Virus record (IMG/VR): IMGVR_UViG_3300029741_000087
Location: 1-17,491 of that record
Source of the DNA: a virus
Taxonomy: Duplodnaviria > Heunggongvirae > Uroviricota > Caudoviricetes
Strand: one strand, 5' to 3'
DNA: 17,491 nucleotides
Shown here: piece after piece, positions 1 to 8,720 of the stretch
How positions within the stretch are numbered: position 1 is the stretch's first letter
Layout of the letters: each line of letters starts with the position of its first letter
Translations under genes and position numbers: made by a program
Notes under the pieces: model-generated
What the model saw: the letters and a program-made list of their open reading frames with translations, nothing else
Database searches by the model: none
What the model was told of the DNA's origin: nothing

Positions 1-603
1 GTACCGGCGAACGGTAAAAGTATTACTCCCGATGATGTGCGTCCGATGATTGAGCAGATGGTGAAGGAGGCGGTAAGCCATATTCCTGTTCCGCGTGATG
101 GTCGTGACTACGATCCGGAAGTACTGCAGAAGGCGGTTCTGGATGCGGTGAGTGCCCTGCCGGCTCCGCAGGACGGGCGTGATGCCACGGCACTGGAAAT
201 ACACCCCGCCATTGACGATCAAAAATCCTTTCCCCGGGGCACGTATGCCACACACCAGGGCGGACTCTGGCGGGCGTATGAAAAAACGCACGGGATGCGG
301 GGATGGGAATGCCTGGTTGACGGGGTGGCGGATATTGACGTCAGCATGACGGGTGAACGGTTGTTCTCTGTGGTGGTCCGGCAGAGCAGTGGCCAGCGTA
401 CGGAAAAAACATTTTCCCTGCCGGTGATGCTCTACCGCGGTGTGTTCAGAGCCGGTGAAACCTACCACCCCGGCGATACGGTGACATGGGGGGGCTCGCT
501 GTGGCACTGCAACAGTATGACCGGTGATAAACCCGGAGAAGCTCATTCATTAGCCTGGACCCTGGCTGCAAAACGTGGGCGGGATGCTGGAGGCGGAAAA
601 TGA
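1..603 (+). CDS. Phage structural protein of unknown function, C-terminal fragment; frame is open from position 1, so the 5' end lies outside the window
   Basis: Frame 1 has no stop from nt 1 to the TGA at 601-603; the stop overlaps the next start (ATGA). Contains two PxPxDGRD-like repeats (PVPRDGRD, PAPQDGRD). Sits directly upstream of the head-tail connector gene. No recognisable family. Confidence 0.55.
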   Translation, partial: VPANGKSITPDDVRPMIEQMVKEAVSHIPVPRDGRDYDPEVLQKAVLDAVSALPAPQDGRDATALEIHPAIDDQKSFPRGTYATHQGGLWRAYEKTHGMRGWECLVDGVADIDVSMTGERLFSVVVRQSSGQRTEKTFSLPVMLYRGVFRAGETYHPGDTVTWGGSLWHCNSMTGDKPGEAHSLAWTLAAKRGRDAGGGK

Positions 604-926
604 CGGCATTACTGACACTGGAAGAGATCAAGGCACATCTGCGTGTCGACCATGACGCGGATGATGACATGCTGATGGACAAGGTTCGTCAGGCTACCGC
701 CGTGCTGCTGGCCTACATTCAGGGCAGCCGGGATAAGGTGATTCGTGAGGACGGTGAACTGATCCCGGGCGAGGCATTAACCCGGATGAAGGGGGCTGCC
801 ATGCGACTGACCGGGATGCTGTACCGGAATCCGGATCTTGCGGAGCGGGAAGAACTGCTTCAGGGGGAGCTGCCGTTTTCTGTTTCCGTGCTGATTTACG
901 ATTTGCGTTGTCCGACGGTGTTATGA
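600..926 (+). CDS. Head-tail connector protein, gp6-like
   Basis: 108 aa; N-terminus LTLEEIKAHLRVDHDADDDML matches the pattern I recall for the HK97 gp6 connector family (recalled, not searched). Start overlaps the upstream stop (ATGA), suggesting translational coupling. Confidence 0.7.
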   Translation: MTALLTLEEIKAHLRVDHDADDDMLMDKVRQATAVLLAYIQGSRDKVIREDGELIPGEALTRMKGAAMRLTGMLYRNPDLAEREELLQGELPFSVSVLIYDLRCPTVL

Positions 927-935
927 GGAGGGGGA

Positions 936-1286
936 ATGGCAATATCTGCAGGTCGTCTGACACAGATGATAAGTGTTCTGAACCCGGTGTTAACCCGTAA
1001 TGCTGCCGGAGAAATGACGGAAGAATGGGTGTCATGCGGGAAAATTCATGCGGATATCCGTGGCAGGAGCAGCCGGGAGCGGATGCAGTCCGGTGCGGAA
1101 ATGGCGCAGGCGGAAATCCGCATCTGGGTGCGCGGTCAGTCCGGTCGGGAAATCACGGCAGCGTCACGACTTCATGTGCTGAGTGGTCCATGGCGTGACC
1201 GGATCCTGAACGTTGTCGGGCTGCCCGTGCCGGATGCGACCGGCGGACGTCTGGAAATTCTCTGTCGGCTGGGAGGGGAAAAATGA
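936..1286 (+). CDS. Head-tail adaptor / head closure protein
   Basis: 116 aa ORF with a GAGGAGGGGG Shine-Dalgarno 6-14 nt upstream of the ATG. Size and position between the gp6-like and gp10-like genes fit a head closure protein. Assignment is by position and size, not by a recognised motif. Confidence 0.55.
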   Translation: MAISAGRLTQMISVLNPVLTRNAAGEMTEEWVSCGKIHADIRGRSSRERMQSGAEMAQAEIRIWVRGQSGREITAASRLHVLSGPWRDRILNVVGLPVPDATGGRLEILCRLGGEK

Positions 1287-1729
1287 TCGAAACCCTGCTG
1301 GATTTTTCGGGGCTGGAGGACATCAGCCGCGATTTGCAGCTTCTGAGTGGTACGGAAAACAACCGGGTGCTGCGTGAGGCAACCCGTGCGGGTGCGAATG
1401 TGCTGAAAGAAGAAGTGGTGTCACGGGCACCGGTGCGCAGGGGAAAACTGCGCCGCAATGTGGTGGTCCTTTCCCGGCGCTCCCGCGATGGCGGGATGGA
1501 ATCCGGTGTCCATATCCGTGGTGTTAATCCGGACACCGGTAACAGCGATAACACCATGAAGGTGGATAACCCGCGCAATGCTTTCTACTGGCGGTTTGTG
1601 GAAATGGGGACCGTGAATATGCCACCGCACCCGTTTGTGCGCCCGGCGTTTGATGTGCGCAGTGAACAGGCAGCGCAGGTGGCGATTGCTCGGATGAACC
1701 GGGCCATTGATGAGGTACTGAGACGATGA
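1283..1729 (+). CDS. HK97 gp10-family phage protein (neck / tail attachment)
   Basis: 148 aa; C-terminal NAFYWRFVEMGT...HPFVRPAFD resembles the conserved gp10-family motif (FLEFGT...PFLRPA) as I recall it. ATGA overlap with the upstream stop. Confidence 0.7.
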   Translation: MIETLLDFSGLEDISRDLQLLSGTENNRVLREATRAGANVLKEEVVSRAPVRRGKLRRNVVVLSRRSRDGGMESGVHIRGVNPDTGNSDNTMKVDNPRNAFYWRFVEMGTVNMPPHPFVRPAFDVRSEQAAQVAIARMNRAIDEVLRR

Positions 1730-2070
1730 CGGAGGCGGATTTGTATCCTCATCTGGCGCATCTTGCCGGCGGGCAGGTGTACCCGTATGTGGTCCCCCTG
1801 CTGGATGGCAGGCCGTCGGTAGCGCTTCCGTGGGTGGTTTTCAGCCTGATTTCATCGGTGTCTGCGGACGTGATGGGCGGGCAGGCGGAGTCCTCAGTGG
1901 CGGTGCAGATAGACGTTTATGCCGGGACTGTGACGCAGGCGCGTCAGATACGTCAGGACGCCCGTGAAGCCATAATGCTGCTGGCCCCGGGATCCGTCAG
2001 TGAAATGCAGGACTATATTCCGGAAAACCGCTGTTACCGTGCAACCCTGGAGTTTCAGGTCACGGTGTGA
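1726..2070 (+). CDS. Tail completion / tail terminator-like protein
   Basis: 114 aa; ATGA overlap with the gp10-like gene; lies immediately upstream of the major tail protein gene. Assignment is positional. Confidence 0.5.
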   Translation: MTEADLYPHLAHLAGGQVYPYVVPLLDGRPSVALPWVVFSLISSVSADVMGGQAESSVAVQIDVYAGTVTQARQIRQDAREAIMLLAPGSVSEMQDYIPENRCYRATLEFQVTV

Positions 2071-2098
2071 CTTTTTCTTTTTTCTACAAAACCCATAC

Positions 2099-2119
2099 CC
2101 CGCCGCGTGCGGGTTTTTT
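2099..2119 (+). terminator. Short GC stem-loop followed by a T-run, upstream of the major tail protein gene (possible attenuator)
   Basis: cccgc (2099-2103) pairs with gcggg (2109-2113), 5-nt loop, then tttttt at 2114-2119. Stem is only 5 bp. Confidence 0.3.
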
Positions 2120-2136
2120 ATTATCAGGAGGCAGAA

Positions 2137-2852
2137 TGTCTGCTTTGTATGAACGCTCACAGCTGACGCAGGTGATGATTTCATCTGCCCCGGCGACTGC
2201 TGAAACTATGGATAAGGCGGAATATCTGCGCCTGGACTGCACCATCAAGGAAGTCCAGTTCACCGCCGGTCAGAAACAGGATATTGATGTGACCACGCTC
2301 TGCTCCACAGAGCAGGAGAATATCAACGGTCTGGGGGCGTCGTCTGAGATTTCCATGTCGGGTAATTTTTATCTGAATCAGGCCCAGAACGCCCTGCGTG
2401 ATGCCTATGACAATGACGCGTTGTATGCGTTTAAGGTGCTGTTTCCGTCCGGTAAGGGCTTTAAATTCCTGGCGGAAGTGCGCCAGCACACCTGGTCATC
2501 CGGTACCAACGGCGTGGTGGCTGCAACGTTCTCACTGCGTCTGAAAGGCAAACCGGTGTCCTTTGTGGTACCGCTGGCGTTTGTGAAAAATCTGGATAAG
2601 ACACTTACCGTGAATACCGGTGCGCTGCTGACAATGTCAGTCAGTGCCAACGGGGGAACGCCGCCGTATAAATACGCCTGGAAGAAGGATGGTCAGCCGG
2701 TTGACGGGCAGACGACAGACACCTTCAGTAAGCCAGGTGCGCAGTCCGCCGATGCGGGGAAATATACCTGCGTGGTGACCGATTCGGCAGAGAAAGCACA
2801 GAGTGTGACGTCTGTTGAATGCACCGTGACAGTGAGCGCAGCCGCCGGATAA
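2137..2852 (+). CDS. Major tail (tube) protein with C-terminal Ig-like domain
   Basis: ATG at 2137 is preceded by AGGAGG at 2125-2130; the track's 2067 GTG start has no Shine-Dalgarno and runs through the hairpin. The C-terminal ~80 aa (PPYKYAWKKDGQPVDG...GKYTCVVTD) is a classic Ig-like fold signature, as found on lambda V-type tail proteins. Position is upstream of the G/GT chaperones. Confidence 0.75.
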
Positions 2853-2866
2853 GGGGATGGGTCATC

Positions 2867-3241
2867 ATGAAAAAGGATCTGAAAACGCTGGCGCTGGCCA
2901 GACTGTCAGGGTTTCGTCATAAAACGGTGAAGGTGCCGGAATGGGGTAATGTCAGCGTGGTGCTGCGGGAGCCTTCGGCAGAGGCCTGGTATCTGTGGCA
3001 GGACGTGCTCAATGGTGATGGAGAGGATGACGATACTCTGTCGGTGGTGGCGAAAACCCGCCGTAACCTGGAAGCGGATGTGACGCTGTTCTGCGATGTC
3101 CTGTGTGATACGGATCTGCAACGGGTGTTCACTCCGGACGACCGTGAGCAGGTGCTGGCCGTCTATGGTCCGGTACATGCCCGCTTGCTGCGTCAGGCAC
3201 TGGAACTGATCGCTGATGCAGAGTCGGTCAGAAAAAAGTAG
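2867..3241 (+). CDS. Tail assembly chaperone (lambda G analogue)
   Basis: ATG at 2867 preceded by AAGGGGA at 2851-2857. About 124 aa, acidic. Sits between the major tail protein and the tape measure, and ends in a slippery heptamer. The track's 2819 start is an upstream extension. Confidence 0.65.
   Translation: MKKDLKTLALARLSGFRHKTVKVPEWGNVSVVLREPSAEAWYLWQDVLNGDGEDDDTLSVVAKTRRNLEADVTLFCDVLCDTDLQRVFTPDDREQVLAVYGPVHARLLRQALELIADAESVRKK
3232..3238 (+). promoter_or_regulatory. Programmed -1 ribosomal frameshift site (A AAA AAG) at the end of the G-like ORF
   Basis: In the G frame the last codons are AGA AAA AAG TAG, so X XXY YYZ is A AAA AAG (3232-3238). The -1 frame is open from 3232 through the ATG at 3265 to the stop at 3544-3546. 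Confidence 0.6.
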
Positions 3242-3546
3242 CCCGCCCGGAAATTCGCTTTCTGATGCGACTTGCGCTCCGTCTGGGGCGCACCTTATCC
3301 GAACTGCGGCACAGCCTGAGTGCGAGCGAGGCGATGATGTGGATGGAGTTCGACAGGATATCCCCGCTGGGTGATGAGCGCGGGGATATCCGTAATGCAC
3401 AGATCGTGAAAGCGGTTTTCGGGGCACAGGGGATGAATGTTGCACTGAAGGACGCCATGCTCTGCTGGGGCGAGGATGAGGATAAGCCGGAGGTGGATCC
3501 GTTTGCGGCGCTGGAAGACGCGCTGAGCCTTGCAGCACAGTCATGA
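3232..3546 (+). CDS. T-like extension of the tail assembly chaperone, expressed as a G-T fusion by -1 frameshift
   Basis: ORF 3265..3546 lies in the -1 frame relative to G and is open back to the slippery site. This G/GT arrangement upstream of the tape measure is conserved in long-tailed phages (established knowledge). Confidence 0.55.
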   Translation, partial: KKVARPEIRFLMRLALRLGRTLSELRHSLSASEAMMWMEFDRISPLGDERGDIRNAQIVKAVFGAQGMNVALKDAMLCWGEDEDKPEVDPFAALEDALSLAAQS

Positions 3547-3554
3547 ATGATGAG

Positions 3555-3575
3555 AACCGCTGAGGCGGTTTTTTT
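3555..3575 (+). terminator. Weak hairpin plus T-run between GT and the tape measure gene (possible attenuator)
   Basis: aaccgc (3555-3560), loop tgag, gcggtt (3565-3570), with T-run 3569-3575; 19 nt upstream of the H start. Confidence 0.3.
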
Positions 3576-3593
3576 ACGCCAGGAGAAAGGTGA

Positions 3594-6500
3594 ATGGCGA
3601 CGTTACGTGAACTGATTATCAAAATTTCGGCAAATTCACAGTCATTCCAGTCGGAGATCCAGCGGGCGTCCCGTATGGGCAGTGAATATTACCGGACCCT
3701 GCAGAATGGCGGACGTCAGGCTGCTGCGGCAGCCAGGGAGCAGTGCCGGGCTCTGGCTGAGCTGAACAGCCAGTTGACGGAAATCCGCGCTTCGGCTGTC
3801 GGAATGACCAGTGCGTTTGCCGGTGCCTTTGCCACCGGACACCTGATTTCGCTGGCAGATGAATGGAGCTCCGTGAATGCCCGTCTGAAACAGGCGTCGC
3901 AGTCATCGGATGAATTTGCGTTATCACAGAAAGTGCTGATGGACATCAGCCAGCGGACAGGCACCGCATTTTCGGATAATGCGACCCTGTTTGCCCGTTC
4001 GGCTGCCTCGATGCGTGAATATGGTTACAGTGCTGATGATGTGCTGAAGGTGACGGAGGCCATTTCGACAGGGCTGAAAATTTCCGGTGCCAGTGCGGCA
4101 GAGGCGGGTTCGGTGATCACCCAGTTCAGCCAGGCGCTGGCACAGGGGGTGTTGCGCGGCGAGGAATTTAATTCGGTCAATGAAAGTGGGGACCGGATCA
4201 TTCGCGCACTGGCTGCAGGCATGGGCGTGGCCCGTAAGGATCTGAAGGCGATGGCGGACGATGGTCAACTGACGGCGGATAAAGTCGTTCCCGCGTTAAT
4301 CAGCCAGCTGGGGATATTGCGTGATGAATATGCAGCCATGCCGGAAACGGTGTCTGACGGGATCACGAAGGTGGAAAACGCCTTTATGGCCTGGGTGGGC
4401 GGCGCGAATGAGGCCAGCGGAGCGACGAAAACGCTCTCCGGCGCACTGAACGGTGTGGCCGGAAATATTGATACCGTGGCAACAGCTGCGGGTGTGCTGG
4501 TTGCTGTCGGGGTGGCCCGGTACTTTGGTAATCTGGCTTCCGGAGCGATGTCTGCCACGGCAGGACTTGTGACCGCTGCACGTAATGAAGTGGCACTGGC
4601 TGAGGCCCAGTTAAGGGGAACGCAGATTGCCACGGCGCGGGCAAGGGCAGCCGTGTACCGGGCTCAGCAGGCTGTGGCGGCAGCCCGCGGGACTGAGATG
4701 CAGATTGCGGCAGAGGCCCGTCTGGCGGTCACACAGGAACGCCTGAACAGAAATATTGCTGCCAGAACCGCCGCCCAGAATGCGCTGAACAGTACAACGG
4801 CGGTGGGCTCACGTCTGATGAGCGGTGCGCTGGGACTGGTTGGAGGCGTACCCGGACTGGTGATGCTGGGAGCTGCCGCATGGTACACGCTGTACCAGAA
4901 TCAGGAGCAGGCCAGGGAGTCTGCGCGCCAGTATGCACTGACGATTGATGAAATCGCGCATAAAACGCCATCAATGTCTCTGCCTGAAGCCTCAGATAAT
5001 GAAGGGCGAACACGGGAGGCGCTGACAGAGCAGAACCGGCTGATTGATGAGCAGGCCAGCCGGGTGAAATCCCTGCAGGAAAAAATCGCCGGGTATCAGT
5101 ATGTGCTGGCTAATCCGGGCTGGACGACCGGTAACGGCTTCATGATAAACCATCTGACATCGGTGAAAACTGTAACGGAAGAGCTTGCTCAGGCAACAGA
5201 GCAGTTTGCTGTTGAGCAGTCCCGTCTGGCACAGATGCAGGAAAAAGCGCAGTCCATTCAGGATGTGCTTGCCGGACTGGAAGAGCGCCGTGTTGTGTTA
5301 ATTCGTCAGCAGGCAGCAGAGCAGAATAAAGCGTATCAGTCACTGCTGGTCATGAACGGTCAGCATACGGAATTCAACCGCCTGCTGGGGCTGGGTAATG
5401 AACTGCTGCAACAGCGTCAGGGACTGGCGAGTGTACCGCTGCGACTGCCACAGGCCACTCTGGATGATAAACAGCAGAGCGCCCTGAATAACACAGAGCG
5501 TCAACTGGCCCTGTCCCGGCTGAAAGGGGAAGAAAAAGAGCGTGCCCGGCTGGGGTATGCGGCGGATGACCTTGGTCTGGTGGGGGATACGTATCAGGAG
5601 GCGAGGCAGCGTTACATCCGTAATTCGATGGAAGCCTGGCGCAATAATGAGGCGAATAAACCCAAATCCCGGGCCGGAAAATCAGGGGCGGAAAAAGCGG
5701 AAGACAGTTTTTCCCGTCTGCTGAAGCAGCAGAAGGAACAACTGGCACTGGCCGGGAAGAATACAGAACTGGCAAAACTGAAATACCAGACCTCGCAGGG
5801 CGAGCTGAAAACCCTGACGGAGATACAGAAGCAGGAGCTGCTGCGCAATGCTGCCCTGATTGACCAGAAGAAAATCCGGGAGCAGTTACGGGCCCGGGAG
5901 GAGACCCTGAAAAATGATAATGCAGACGCAAGGGCATCAAATGACGCTGAGCTGCTGGGGTACGGGCAGGGTGAGCGGGTCCGTGAACGGATGCGGGAGC
6001 TGCAGCAGATTCGTGACGGCTACCGCCAGAAGGATGCGGACCTGCAGTCTCAGTATCAGACAGGGGATATCAGTGAGGATTTTTACAGACAGGCGCTGGC
6101 GCAGAATGCGCAGTATCTGAGTGAACGCCTTAAAGACCAGGAGGCTTTTTATGCCGAATCGGATGCGCAGCGTGCTGACTGGCAGAAAGGGCTGCAGGAA
6201 GGGCTAAGTAACTGGGTGGACAGCGCATCAGATTACGCTTCACAGGCAGCACAGCTTGCGACAGACGGTATCTCAGGGATGGTGAATAACATCACGGAGA
6301 TGCTGAACGGAAATAAAGTGGAATGGCGCAGCTGGGCTGCATCAATCCTGCAGGAAATATCAAAAGTTCTTATGAATGCGGCCATTGTCAACGGCATTAA
6401 GATGGCGGCAAACAGTATGTCCGGTGCAGGAGGATTTTTCGGCAGTATAGGCAACTGGCTGGGTGGCGCGGTGGCAAATGCAAAAGGCGGCGTTTATACC

Positions 6501-6836
6501 TCGGCAAACCTGAGTGCATACAGTAACAGTATTGTGGACACGCCCACGTACTTTGCCTTTGCAAAAGGGGCAGGGCTGATGGGGGAGGCCGGACCTGAAG
6601 CCATCATGCCCCTGACCCGGGCAGCGGATGGTTCACTCGGCGTGCGTGCGGTGGGCAGTATGAACGGCAGTGCGGGTCTGGTGTATTCCCCGGTGTACCA
6701 CATCGCCATTCAGAATGACGGCGCTAACGGGCAGATAGGGCCGGAAGCGGCGGGCACCCTTGTGCAACTGATTGACCAGCGGGTACAGGCGGTGATGTTA
6801 TCCATGCGTCGTGACGGAGGAATGCTGAGTGGATGA
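3594..6836 (+). CDS. H: Tail tape measure protein
   Basis: 1080 aa, Ala/Gln-rich, predicted coiled-coil-like, with a hydrophobic Gly-rich segment. C-terminus (QNDGANGQIGPEAAG...RRDGGMLSG) resembles the lambda H C-terminus as I recall it (NNDGTNGQIGPAAL...RDGGLFSG). Shine-Dalgarno AGGAGAAAGG upstream. Confidence 0.9.
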   Translation: MATLRELIIKISANSQSFQSEIQRASRMGSEYYRTLQNGGRQAAAAAREQCRALAELNSQLTEIRASAVGMTSAFAGAFATGHLISLADEWSSVNARLKQASQSSDEFALSQKVLMDISQRTGTAFSDNATLFARSAASMREYGYSADDVLKVTEAISTGLKISGASAAEAGSVITQFSQALAQGVLRGEEFNSVNESGDRIIRALAAGMGVARKDLKAMADDGQLTADKVVPALISQLGILRDEYAAMPETVSDGITKVENAFMAWVGGANEASGATKTLSGALNGVAGNIDTVATAAGVLVAVGVARYFGNLASGAMSATAGLVTAARNEVALAEAQLRGTQIATARARAAVYRAQQAVAAARGTEMQIAAEARLAVTQERLNRNIAARTAAQNALNSTTAVGSRLMSGALGLVGGVPGLVMLGAAAWYTLYQNQEQARESARQYALTIDEIAHKTPSMSLPEASDNEGRTREALTEQNRLIDEQASRVKSLQEKIAGYQYVLANPGWTTGNGFMINHLTSVKTVTEELAQATEQFAVEQSRLAQMQEKAQSIQDVLAGLEERRVVLIRQQAAEQNKAYQSLLVMNGQHTEFNRLLGLGNELLQQRQGLASVPLRLPQATLDDKQQSALNNTERQLALSRLKGEEKERARLGYAADDLGLVGDTYQEARQRYIRNSMEAWRNNEANKPKSRAGKSGAEKAEDSFSRLLKQQKEQLALAGKNTELAKLKYQTSQGELKTLTEIQKQELLRNAALIDQKKIREQLRAREETLKNDNADARASNDAELLGYGQGERVRERMRELQQIRDGYRQKDADLQSQYQTGDISEDFYRQALAQNAQYLSERLKDQEAFYAESDAQRADWQKGLQEGLSNWVDSASDYASQAAQLATDGISGMVNNITEMLNGNKVEWRSWAASILQEISKVLMNAAIVNGIKMAANSMSGAGGFFGSIGNWLGGAVANAKGGVYTSANLSAYSNSIVDTPTYFAFAKGAGLMGEAGPEAIMPLTRAADGSLGVRAVGSMNGSAGLVYSPVYHIAIQNDGANGQIGPEAAGTLVQLIDQRVQAVMLSMRRDGGMLSG

Positions 6837-7170
6837 GATTAAGACTCTTCACTGGTGTCCCCGGGAAGGGATGCAGGTGACGGAGAAACCGTCGGTGATG
6901 ACGGTGAAGTTTGGCGACGGTTATCAGCAGCGTCGTCCGGCAGGACTGAATGCGCAACTGAAGACCTTTCAGGTGGTTTTTCGGGTGACAACGGATGCTG
7001 AGCGGGAGGCACTGTCCGCGTTTCTGTCATGGCATGGTGGTTACCGGGCTTTTTTGTGGAAGCCCCCGAAACATAACCGGACGGTCAGGGTGGTGTGCCG
7101 GGAGTGGAGTATTACGGATAACGCCCGGTACAGTGATTTCAGTTGCACGATAGAGCAGGTAGTTAGATGA
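6829..7170 (+). CDS. M: Minor tail protein M
   Basis: 113 aa; KFGDGYQQRRPAGLNAQLKTF...HGGYRAFLWKPP...EQVV aligns closely with lambda M (RFGDGYSQRAPAGLNANLKTY...HGGWKSFLWTPP...EQVV) from memory. GTG start overlaps the H stop. Confidence 0.9.
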   Translation: MDEIKTLHWCPREGMQVTEKPSVMTVKFGDGYQQRRPAGLNAQLKTFQVVFRVTTDAEREALSAFLSWHGGYRAFLWKPPKHNRTVRVVCREWSITDNARYSDFSCTIEQVVR

Positions 7171-7255
7171 GAATTATCCTATAAATCATTCTTTAGTGTT
7201 TAGTTGTTAATTATTTTTAATCTGTCTTGTCAGAAAGTGCGAAATCGATCTTGCA

Positions 7256-7275
7256 TTTACATTTTGTTACATAAT
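7256..7275 (+). promoter_or_regulatory. OmpR-box-like sequence in the porin upstream region
   Basis: TTTACATTTTGTTACATAAT resembles the ompF F1 (TTTACTTTTGGTTACATATT) and ompC C1 (TTTACATTTTGAAACATCTA) OmpR sites as I recall them. Lies about 95-115 bp upstream of the porin ATG in a very AT-rich tract (7171-7368). Confidence 0.4.
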
Positions 7276-7368
7276 ATAAATTGAACTAAGAATTTGTATT
7301 AAAATATTTTAATTTTTGTTCATGACATCTGAATGCATGAATAGTTCAGTTTAAATAAGGATTAAATC

Positions 7369-8523
7369 ATGAAAAAAATGACAGTGGCACTTTCTGCTGT
7401 AGCAGTGGCAGTGATGTTTGCTGCGGGGGCGCAGGCAGCAGAAGTTTATAATAAAGATGGTAATAAACTGGATCTTTACGGGCGTGCAACCGCTCTGCAT
7501 TACTTCTCGGATGATAAAGGTAATGACGGAGACCAGACTTATGCTCGTCTCGGCTTTAAAGGCGAAACGCAGATTAATGATCAACTGACCGGATTTGGTC
7601 AGTGGGAATACCAGTTCTCTGGTAATAAAACGGAATCTGAAGGTTCCGCGGGAAATAAAACCCGTCTGGCATTTGCAGGTCTGAGATTTGCAGATGTTGG
7701 TACCATTGATTACGGACGTAACTATGGTATTGCTTACGATGTCGGATCATATACTGACGTACTGCCTGAGTTTGGTGGTGATGGCTGGACGCAGACCGAT
7801 AACTTTATGACGGCCCGAACTTCCGGTGTCCTGACTTACCGTAATACAGACTTCTTCGGACTGGTTGATGGTCTGAATTTTGCGGCGCAGTATCAGGGCA
7901 AAAATGAGCGTGATGACCTTCAGAAGGCTAATGGCGACGGGTATGGTTTCTCGGCCAGCTATGAGTTTGATGGTTTTGGTTTTGTCGCTGCGTATACCAA
8001 GTCAGATCGTACTGATAAGCAGGTTCAGGGGTTGAATGGTACTGCAGATGTTCTTGATCCTGCATCAGGTAAAAAGGTTGGAGAAAAAGCAGTTGACTCA
8101 GGTAGTGTGGCAAAAGGTAAACATGCTGAATTCTGGGGAACTGGTCTTAAATATGATGCCAATAACCTGTATCTGGCAGCAGTGTATTCTGAAACCCAGA
8201 ATATGACGACCTTTGGTGATCAAGGTGTTGCGGATAAAGCTCAGAATATCGAAGCCGTTGTTCAGTATCAGTTTGATTTTGGTCTGCGCCCGTCCCTTGC
8301 CTACCTTCAGTCCCGCGGACAGGATGTTATGGTTGGTGGTGTGAACCATGGCGATCAGGATCTGGTTAAATATATTGATGTCGGTGCGACTTATTACTTT
8401 AACAAGAATATGTCCACCTATGTTGATTATAAAATTAACCTGATTGATGAAAGTGAATTTACCCGGAAAGCCGGTGTTGCGACAGATAATATCGTTGCTG
8501 TGGGTATGACTTATCAGTTCTGA
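7369..8523 (+). CDS. General outer-membrane porin, OmpC/OmpF/PhoE family (phage moron)
   Basis: 384 aa. Cleavable signal peptide [23 protein letters not shown] followed by [15 protein letters not shown]; C-terminal ...VAVGMTYQF with terminal Phe, typical of beta-barrel porins. AAGGA Shine-Dalgarno before the ATG. The gene and its flanks are markedly AT-richer than neighbouring tail genes. Confidence 0.9.
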   Translation: MKKMTVALSAVAVAVMFAAGAQAAEVYNKDGNKLDLYGRATALHYFSDDKGNDGDQTYARLGFKGETQINDQLTGFGQWEYQFSGNKTESEGSAGNKTRLAFAGLRFADVGTIDYGRNYGIAYDVGSYTDVLPEFGGDGWTQTDNFMTARTSGVLTYRNTDFFGLVDGLNFAAQYQGKNERDDLQKANGDGYGFSASYEFDGFGFVAAYTKSDRTDKQVQGLNGTADVLDPASGKKVGEKAVDSGSVAKGKHAEFWGTGLKYDANNLYLAAVYSETQNMTTFGDQGVADKAQNIEAVVQYQFDFGLRPSLAYLQSRGQDVMVGGVNHGDQDLVKYIDVGATYYFNKNMSTYVDYKINLIDESEFTRKAGVATDNIVAVGMTYQF

Positions 8524-8545
8524 TTATTGCTGATAAGTTAATAAA

Positions 8546-8601
8546 TACGGGCCGTCTGCCCTTACAGGCGGCCTGTATCAATGAAAACACAGTTTTCATT
8601 G
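8546..8601 (+). repeat. Two adjacent stem-loops downstream of the porin stop
   Basis: Hairpin 1: 8546-8577 (tacgggccgtctg / caggcggcctgta, one G-U pair, 6-nt loop). Hairpin 2: perfect 10-bp inverted repeat caatgaaaac / gttttcattg at 8579-8601 with a 3-nt loop. Neither is followed by a U-tract. Confidence 0.4.
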
Positions 8602-8695
8602 GTCACTGCGATCAGCAATTGCCATCTGGCATGTGCTGATTTAACTTTCTGTTATTACCTTTATTGGTTTTATTTTAAATTGGACTTTTATTGTT

Positions 8696-8720
8696 CGGGG
8701 CGCGTCTGCGCCCCTTTTTT
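8696..8720 (+). terminator. Intrinsic terminator closing the porin moron, abutting the L start
   Basis: ggggcgc (8697-8703), loop gtct, gcgcccc (8708-8714), then tttttt at 8715-8720. Confidence 0.7.

Noticed and set aside
2067-2136. GTG start at 2067 for the major tail protein
   Set aside because: No Shine-Dalgarno and the extension would translate through a hairpin and T-run; ATG 2137 has a consensus AGGAGG. The track's 2819 and 8691 starts for the G-like and L genes are rejected on the same grounds.
2906-3622. Minus-strand ORF of 238 aa across the G/GT chaperone region
   Set aside because: Antisense to the chaperone genes and the frameshift site; Pro/Ser/Arg-rich with no motifs; spans an intergenic hairpin.
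5374-5940. Minus-strand ORF of 188 aa inside the tape measure gene
   Set aside because: Antisense to H, Pro/Ser/Ala-rich low complexity, no translation signals.
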